Shown: one piece after another, positions 58,487-64,000 of the stretch
Position numbering within the stretch: position 1 is the stretch's first letter
Layout: each line of letters opens with the position of its first letter
From: Myxococcota bacterium
GTDB taxonomy: Bacteria; Myxococcota_A; SURF-8; G963663525
Direction of reading: 5' to 3'
Assembly (NCBI GenBank): GCA_963676915.2
Contig: CAXXVK010000068.1
Location: 64,001 to 128,000, forward strand
DNA length: 64,000 bases
Notes under the pieces: generated by a model
What the model saw: the letters and a program-made list of their open reading frames with translations, nothing else
Told to the model about the DNA's origin: nothing
Databases searched by the model: none
Translations under genes and position numbers: made by a program

Positions 58487-59743
58487 ATGGAAAAATTCAA
58501 AGTAGCCAACCTCGACCTCGCCGAACAGGGACGCCTGAAGATCGAATGGGCGCGCACTCGCATGCCCGTCATGGCGCTGTTGAGGAAAAAATTCGGTGAA
58601 ACGAAACCGCTGGCCGGGAAACGTATCGCCGGTTGTCTGCACGTCACCAAGGAAACCGCCGTATTGATCGAAACCCTGGCCGCCGCCGGTGCGGAGATCA
58701 GCTGGTCGGGTTGTAACCCGCTTTCGACCCAGGACGACATCGCCGCTGCACTCGCCGCCGATGGATATTCGATGTACGCATGGCACGGAATGAACACCGA
58801 GGAATTCTACTGGGCCATCGATCGTACGCTCGATTTCAAACCGACGATGACTCTCGACGACGGAGCTGACCTGATTTTCACGGTTCACAACAAATATCCC
58901 GAACTGGCCAAAACGCTGCTCGGTGGTACCGAAGAAACCACCACAGGCGTCCATCGTCTGCGGGCTATGGATCGCGCCGGGAAACTGCTGTACCCCGTGA
59001 TCGCGGTTAACGACGCCGAAACCAAATGGGATTTCGACAACGTATACGGCACCGGACAATCCTCCATCGATGGCATTTTGCGCTCGACATCGATTCTGCT
59101 TGCCGGGAAAAACTTCGTTGTGGCCGGGTTCGGTCACTGTGGCAAAGGTTGTGCGATGCGCGCCAAAGGCATGGGCGCCAACGTTATCGTGACCGAAGTG
59201 GACGCCGTGCAGGCGCTCAAAGCCACCCTCGAAGGCTTCCGCGTGATGAAGATGGACGAAGCCGCTTCCATCGGCGACATTTTCATTACCGCTACCGGAA
59301 TGAAAGACGTGATCGTGGATCGCCATTTCAAGGCAATGAAAGACGGCGCGGTGTTCTGCAATACCGGACATTACGATTGCGAAATCAACATTCCGCAATT
59401 GGAAGAATTGTCTACAGGGAAACGGCTGATTCGTGCCAACACCGAAGAATACACCATGCCCAACGGCAACAAGCTGTTCCTGTTGGCTCAGGGTCGGTTG
59501 ATCAACCTCGCCGGAGCCGAAGGTCATCCCTCCGAAGTCATGGATATGAGCTTCGCCAACCAGTTCCTCTCCATGGTGAAAATCGCCGAGGAAGGCAAGG
59601 ATCTGGAAGTCTGTATGCACGATATCAGCGAGGAACAGGACGCGGAAATCGCCGGGTACAAGCTGGAATCCATGGGAATCGACATCGATGAGTTGACCGA
59701 AGATCAGATCAACTACCGTGACGATTACGCCGCTGGAACCTGA
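58487..59743 (+). CDS. ahcY: adenosylhomocysteinase
   Basis: GCLHVTKETA, CNPLSTQD, DDGADL, EETTTG, FDNVYGTGQS, GRLINL..AEGHP. Confidence 0.96.
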   Translation: MEKFKVANLDLAEQGRLKIEWARTRMPVMALLRKKFGETKPLAGKRIAGCLHVTKETAVLIETLAAAGAEISWSGCNPLSTQDDIAAALAADGYSMYAWHGMNTEEFYWAIDRTLDFKPTMTLDDGADLIFTVHNKYPELAKTLLGGTEETTTGVHRLRAMDRAGKLLYPVIAVNDAETKWDFDNVYGTGQSSIDGILRSTSILLAGKNFVVAGFGHCGKGCAMRAKGMGANVIVTEVDAVQALKATLEGFRVMKMDEAASIGDIFITATGMKDVIVDRHFKAMKDGAVFCNTGHYDCEINIPQLEELSTGKRLIRANTEEYTMPNGNKLFLLAQGRLINLAGAEGHPSEVMDMSFANQFLSMVKIAEEGKDLEVCMHDISEEQDAEIAGYKLESMGIDIDELTEDQINYRDDYAAGT

Positions 59744-59894
59744 AAAATGCAGGGTTGCGCGCAAATTTACGCGAAAACCGATACATTCGCTTTACAAGGC
59801 TGGTAGAGAGACTTACAGTTTCAGGGTTGATCCATCTGTATAGGGGACTATCGTTGTCACGTATCTGACGTGCGTAGCATGAAAGGGATTTGCG

Positions 59895-61061
59895 ATGACC
59901 AGTGATTTCATTTTTACGTCCGAATCGGTGACCGAGGGTCATCCGGACAAAATCGCCGACCAGATTTCCGATGCCGTGCTTGACGGCCTGTTGGCGCAAG
60001 ATTCCGAAAGCCGGGTAGCCTGCGAAACGCTGGTGAACACCGGAATGGCGGTGATCGCCGGGGAAATCACCACGGAAGCTTACGTGCACATGCCCGACGT
60101 GGTACGTTCGACCATCAAGAAAATCGGGTACGATGACGGCAAGTTGGGCCTCGACTGGGAGACCTGCTCGGTGATCGTTTCGATCGACCACCAATCCAAA
60201 GATATCGCGATTGGTGTTGACGAGAAGAAAAACAAGGAACAAGGCGCCGGGGATCAGGGCATGATGTTCGGATATGCCTGCGACGATACCCGCGACCTGA
60301 TGCCGATGCCGATCGACCTTTCCCACCGTTTGACCAAAAGATTGGCCGAGGTTCGTAAGAAGAACATTCTCGGATATCTGGGACCGGATGGAAAATCCCA
60401 GGTTACGGTTCGGTACGAAAACTTCCAGCCGGTGGCTATCGATGCCGTGGTGATTTCCAGCCAGCATCTTGCTTCCGTGAAAAACAAAGAGCTTCGTGAA
60501 GGCATCATGGAAGAGGTCATCAAGGCGACGCTGCCCGAGAAACTTCTGCACAAAGGCACGAAATACCACATCAATCCCACCAGTCGGTTCGTCAAAGGCG
60601 GACCGCTGGCCGACTCCGGGTTGACCGGACGCAAAATCATCGTCGATACCTACGGCGGTTGGGGACGCCACGGTGGCGGCGCGTTTTCGGGCAAAGATCC
60701 CTCCAAAGTGGATCGCTCCGCCTGCTACATGGCGCGCCATATCGCCAAGAACGTCGTGGCCGCCAAACTGGCCAAGCGTTGCGAAGTACAACTGGCCTAC
60801 GCCATCGGAGTCGCCGAGCCGGTCAGCGTGATGATCGATACCTTCGATACGGGAATCGTGGAAGAGCAAATGCTGTCGAAGCTGATTCGCGAACTCTTCC
60901 CGTTGCGCCCCAAAGGCATCATTGATTACCTCGATCTCAAGCGCCCGATCTATTCCAAAACAGCGGCTTATGGGCACTTCGGTTTCAATACCCGCTCCCT
61001 GCCGTGGGAAAGCACCAAGCCTGCCGCCAAACTCAAAGATATGGCGAAGGGATTGGGCTGA
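59895..61061 (+). CDS. metK: S-adenosylmethionine synthetase
   Basis: [43 protein letters not shown]. Confidence 0.98.
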   Translation: MTSDFIFTSESVTEGHPDKIADQISDAVLDGLLAQDSESRVACETLVNTGMAVIAGEITTEAYVHMPDVVRSTIKKIGYDDGKLGLDWETCSVIVSIDHQSKDIAIGVDEKKNKEQGAGDQGMMFGYACDDTRDLMPMPIDLSHRLTKRLAEVRKKNILGYLGPDGKSQVTVRYENFQPVAIDAVVISSQHLASVKNKELREGIMEEVIKATLPEKLLHKGTKYHINPTSRFVKGGPLADSGLTGRKIIVDTYGGWGRHGGGAFSGKDPSKVDRSACYMARHIAKNVVAAKLAKRCEVQLAYAIGVAEPVSVMIDTFDTGIVEEQMLSKLIRELFPLRPKGIIDYLDLKRPIYSKTAAYGHFGFNTRSLPWESTKPAAKLKDMAKGLG

Positions 61062-61092
61062 GTTCACTGAAAAGTGATCTTTTCGACCTCTC

Positions 61093-61128
61093 AAGGCTCT
61101 TGCGAATTCGTTTGCAAGAGCCTTTTTT
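61093..61128 (+). terminator. intrinsic terminator after metK
   Basis: AAGGCTCTTGC...GCAAGAGCCTTTTTT. Confidence 0.8.
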
Positions 61129-61542
61129 AGTGGCGAATTTTCGGCGAGAATATTTCCATGTCGTTTCGCGCTATTTCGTTTTGAATCGTTTCGTTTCACG
61201 TCGATTCGGAGGAGATTGTGCAAAAACGTCCGGCAGATTCGGATCTGCTCGAACCCCCGAAAACGGCGGTTTTCTGTGATATGTTGCGGAATCTGTCATA
61301 TATGACAGCACAAGGTGTGGCACAAAGGGAGGTTTTCGAGCACGAAACGGCACGAAACGACGCGGTTTGGATCGCACAGAGGCGACTCACAACGAGAAGG
61401 GACGAATTTGCGTTATCTCCTCCGATTCGACGTGATATTGCATAGGGGAATTCCTACGAAAAAGATTGACTTTACAGGGGGAGCCTTCATACATTGAAAT
61501 GCCTTTAAATGTGTTGGAAATTTATAAAACGAGCGGAGTTCC

Positions 61543-63390
61543 GTGGGATCGTCGGAACAAATCATTCAGGAAATCAAGGATCGGGCGGGCATCGTAAACG
61601 TGGTGTCCCGGTACGTCGATCTGAAGCGAAAAAGCGGACGCTACTGGGGTCGTTGTCCGTTTCATGCGGAGAAAACCGCCTCGTTTTCGGTCAATGAAGA
61701 GAACCAGTTTTACTACTGTTTCGGTTGCCATGCCAAAGGAGATGTTTTCAGCTTTTTGCAGAACATCGAAGGCATTGGTTTCGGCGAAGCTCTTGAACGG
61801 CTCGCTGCCGAAACCGGAGTCGAGTTGCCGAAAAAGACCGACTTCAAGCAGGATCAGGAAAAGCAGTCGCTTCGGCAACGGATTCTCGAAATCAACGGTC
61901 TTGCACAAGACTGGTTCAAAAGATCGCTCACCCCGGATTCACCCGCGAAAAAATATCTGAAAAAACGAGGGGTTTCTCCTGAAATGGTCGAGCGCTTCTT
62001 GCTTGGTTTTGCACCGCCGGGTTGGGAGAATCTACAAAAAGAACTGGCTCGGCACAGCGTTGCATCGGTGGAAGTGGAACGCGCCGGGCTGGCCAAAGTC
62101 GGCCAAAAAGGCAATAGAATCGACAGATTCCGAAACCGTCTGATGTTTCCGATCGCCATGGAGCAACAACGGATCGTGGGTTTCGGAGGGCGAGCCATCG
62201 ACCCGGAGGACAAAGGCCCGAAGTACCTCAACTCGCCGGAATCGGTGGCTTTTGACAAATCCAACTGCCTGTACGGATTCTTTCAGGCGCTTCAAGGAAT
62301 TCGCAGGAAGAAACGCTGTCTGGTGGTCGAAGGTAACTTGGATGTCGTGATGATGCACCAAGGCGGTTTGGACGAGACCGTGGCGACCCTCGGAACGGCG
62401 ATGACCGAAAAGCACGTTCGGCGACTAAAGCGGCTCGCCCCGGATCTGGTGCTGATTTACGACGGAGATGCGGCGGGTCGCAAAGCGGCTTTCAAATCGC
62501 TGTCTCTGTTTTTGGAGCAGGATGTTTCCGCTCGTGTGGTTCTTCTGCCTCCCGAGCACGACCCGGACAGCTTCATTCGGCAGTATGGCGCAGAAGAAAT
62601 GGAAGCTTTGGTGGCGGCGGCTCCCTATCTGCTGGATGTTTGGTTGGACGACCTTTTGTCTCATCGTGCTCCGGGGCATCCCGGCGTGGCCGACTGTGTG
62701 GAAGCCGCTGTCCCGATGATCGGGAAGTTGCGCAACAGGGTGCTCAAAGAGCGCTACTTGGATGATCTTTCAACCCGGTTGCAATTGGATCGCAACCTTT
62801 TACGGGCCGAAATTCGACAGCATGCCGCGAAAAAAGGTAAGGATTCCAAACAGTTCAAGTTTTCAAACCTGTCTCTATCGGAAGTCTCCGGACCGGATCT
62901 CAAAGCCCATGAAGACCTGCTGCTGATGCTCTACCGTATCCCGGAAACCGTGGCGGAATGGTTCGAAGAAGACGAAGTGGTGGAGCGTCTGCCGCTCGAT
63001 CCTTTTCCCGAAGTCGTTCAAACGCTTTTGGATGCGCGAAAAGAGGAAAAGAATCTCTCGGTTGTGGAACTGATCGGCTGCTTCGATGGGTCCGATTTGC
63101 AGGAACGGATGGTCGAACGATTGACGGGAACCAGTGAAAGGACCACGGTCTACACCGATATTTTCGTCCCAGAAACGGCTCGGACGATCTATTTGGATTG
63201 TCTCAACCAGTTGAATTTACAGGGGATTCGAAATGAACTGGCCGATTTGAACCTGGAAATCGACGAGGCGCGGAAATCGGGGGATCACGAACGTTTCGAG
63301 CAGTTGTTGTTGAAAAAGTGGGAACTTAACCGAGAATTATCACTGAACACCGAAAAAAACTTGCGTCTAATAGAAAATGGGGAGGACTAA
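61543..63390 (+). CDS. dnaG: DNA primase
   Basis: Zn finger CPFHAEKTASF..CFGC, FRNRLMFPI, GFGGR, KYLNSPE, VEG.LDV, YDGDAAG, DPD. Confidence 0.97.
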   Translation: MGSSEQIIQEIKDRAGIVNVVSRYVDLKRKSGRYWGRCPFHAEKTASFSVNEENQFYYCFGCHAKGDVFSFLQNIEGIGFGEALERLAAETGVELPKKTDFKQDQEKQSLRQRILEINGLAQDWFKRSLTPDSPAKKYLKKRGVSPEMVERFLLGFAPPGWENLQKELARHSVASVEVERAGLAKVGQKGNRIDRFRNRLMFPIAMEQQRIVGFGGRAIDPEDKGPKYLNSPESVAFDKSNCLYGFFQALQGIRRKKRCLVVEGNLDVVMMHQGGLDETVATLGTAMTEKHVRRLKRLAPDLVLIYDGDAAGRKAAFKSLSLFLEQDVSARVVLLPPEHDPDSFIRQYGAEEMEALVAAAPYLLDVWLDDLLSHRAPGHPGVADCVEAAVPMIGKLRNRVLKERYLDDLSTRLQLDRNLLRAEIRQHAAKKGKDSKQFKFSNLSLSEVSGPDLKAHEDLLLMLYRIPETVAEWFEEDEVVERLPLDPFPEVVQTLLDARKEEKNLSVVELIGCFDGSDLQERMVERLTGTSERTTVYTDIFVPETARTIYLDCLNQLNLQGIRNELADLNLEIDEARKSGDHERFEQLLLKKWELNRELSLNTEKNLRLIENGED

Positions 63391-63508
63391 AAGGTACGGT
63401 GGGTTTGTTGCAACCTATAGGTTAGTCGGATGATTTCTCTACCGACGGACTATTTTTTTCGTTCTTTGAGTTGAAGCAGCGTTCTTCGTTGGAGGAAGTC
63501 GGGAGAGA

Positions 63509-63573
63509 GTAGGTCGGGCTAATTTTTAGCCCGATACTTTGACAATGTCGGGCAAGAAATTTGCCCGACCTAC
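63509..63573. repeat. 65-bp GTAG REP doublet, copy 3
   Basis: GTAGGTCGGGCTAATTTTTAGCCCGAT...GTCGGGCAAGAAATTTGCCCGACCTAC. Confidence 0.8.
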
Positions 63574-63851
63574 TTCCTCTGCCGTTGGATCGGAAACCCG
63601 ACGTGAAATGTGTGAAGACCGAAACCCATGGACGGAACAAAGTTTTTTCAACTTATATGGAAAAGATTCAGGTTTTCCCGACCGGAATCTTGCTTTTGGG
63701 ACTCTAATCACTAGATTATCTACTGGAAAGGAGCGACAGGTCTTTTGCCGAAGGTGTCATTCGGCGGAAACAAAGGTGAAACAGGGTTCCCGGTGCGGGG
63801 AATCGCTGGTTTGAAAAGGTTAGGGTATCTGTCAATTCTGAAGGAGACACC

Positions 63852-64000
63852 ATGAGTGAGGATCAGCCCCGGCAACATCCGGGGATGGAAAAACTGATCA
63901 AAAAGGGGAGAACGAAAGGTTTCGTCACTTACGACGAAATCAACAAGGCATTGACCACCGAAAAGGTTTCGACCGAAGATCTCGACGACTTGATGGTGAT
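63852..64000 (+). CDS. rpoD: RNA polymerase sigma-70 factor, region 1.1 (runs off window)
   Basis: AAGGAG RBS; MSEDQPRQHPGMEKLIKKGRTKGFVTYDEINKAL...EDLDDL; lies downstream of dnaG. Confidence 0.88.
   Translation, partial: MSEDQPRQHPGMEKLIKKGRTKGFVTYDEINKALTTEKVSTEDLDDLMV

Noticed and set aside
59744-59894. SAM or SAH riboswitch ahead of metK (also checked ahead of ahcY)
   Set aside because: No SAM-I, SAM-II or SAH consensus elements recognised

Overview
A mostly core-genome window from a bacterium of moderate GC content. The gene content (MXAN_5187-type domains, Hanks kinases, a giant Cys-rich lipoprotein, Hdr-Flx) suggests a Myxococcota/deltaproteobacterial lineage; this is inference. In order it contains: sucD (partial) and sucC; four tRNAs (Ser-GGA, Glu-CTC, Gln-CTG, Gln-TTG) with two integrase scars between convergent tRNAs; a YeiH-type transporter; sucA-sucB-lpdA; a TetR-MFP-RND-TolC efflux cluster; a radical SAM/SPASM gene with an RRE-like N-terminus, followed by an unannotated 47-aa Cys-rich peptide gene at 21685..21828 (a candidate new RiPP system and the best lead); several lipoproteins; a Dus-family gene; rnhA; two Ser/Thr kinases; a ~1080-aa Cys-repeat lipoprotein; a degenerate PilB/GspE ATPase fused to a D->E pseudo-receiver next to an Hpt gene; an hdrD-like/hdrA/flxDCBA cluster next to glpAB and a mini Fe-S gene; ahcY; metK; dnaG; and the start of rpoD. 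Three 65-bp GTAG REP doublets are present. About ten frameshifts, mostly at homopolymers, look like long-read assembly errors. All product calls come from motif recognition by eye; no database search was run.
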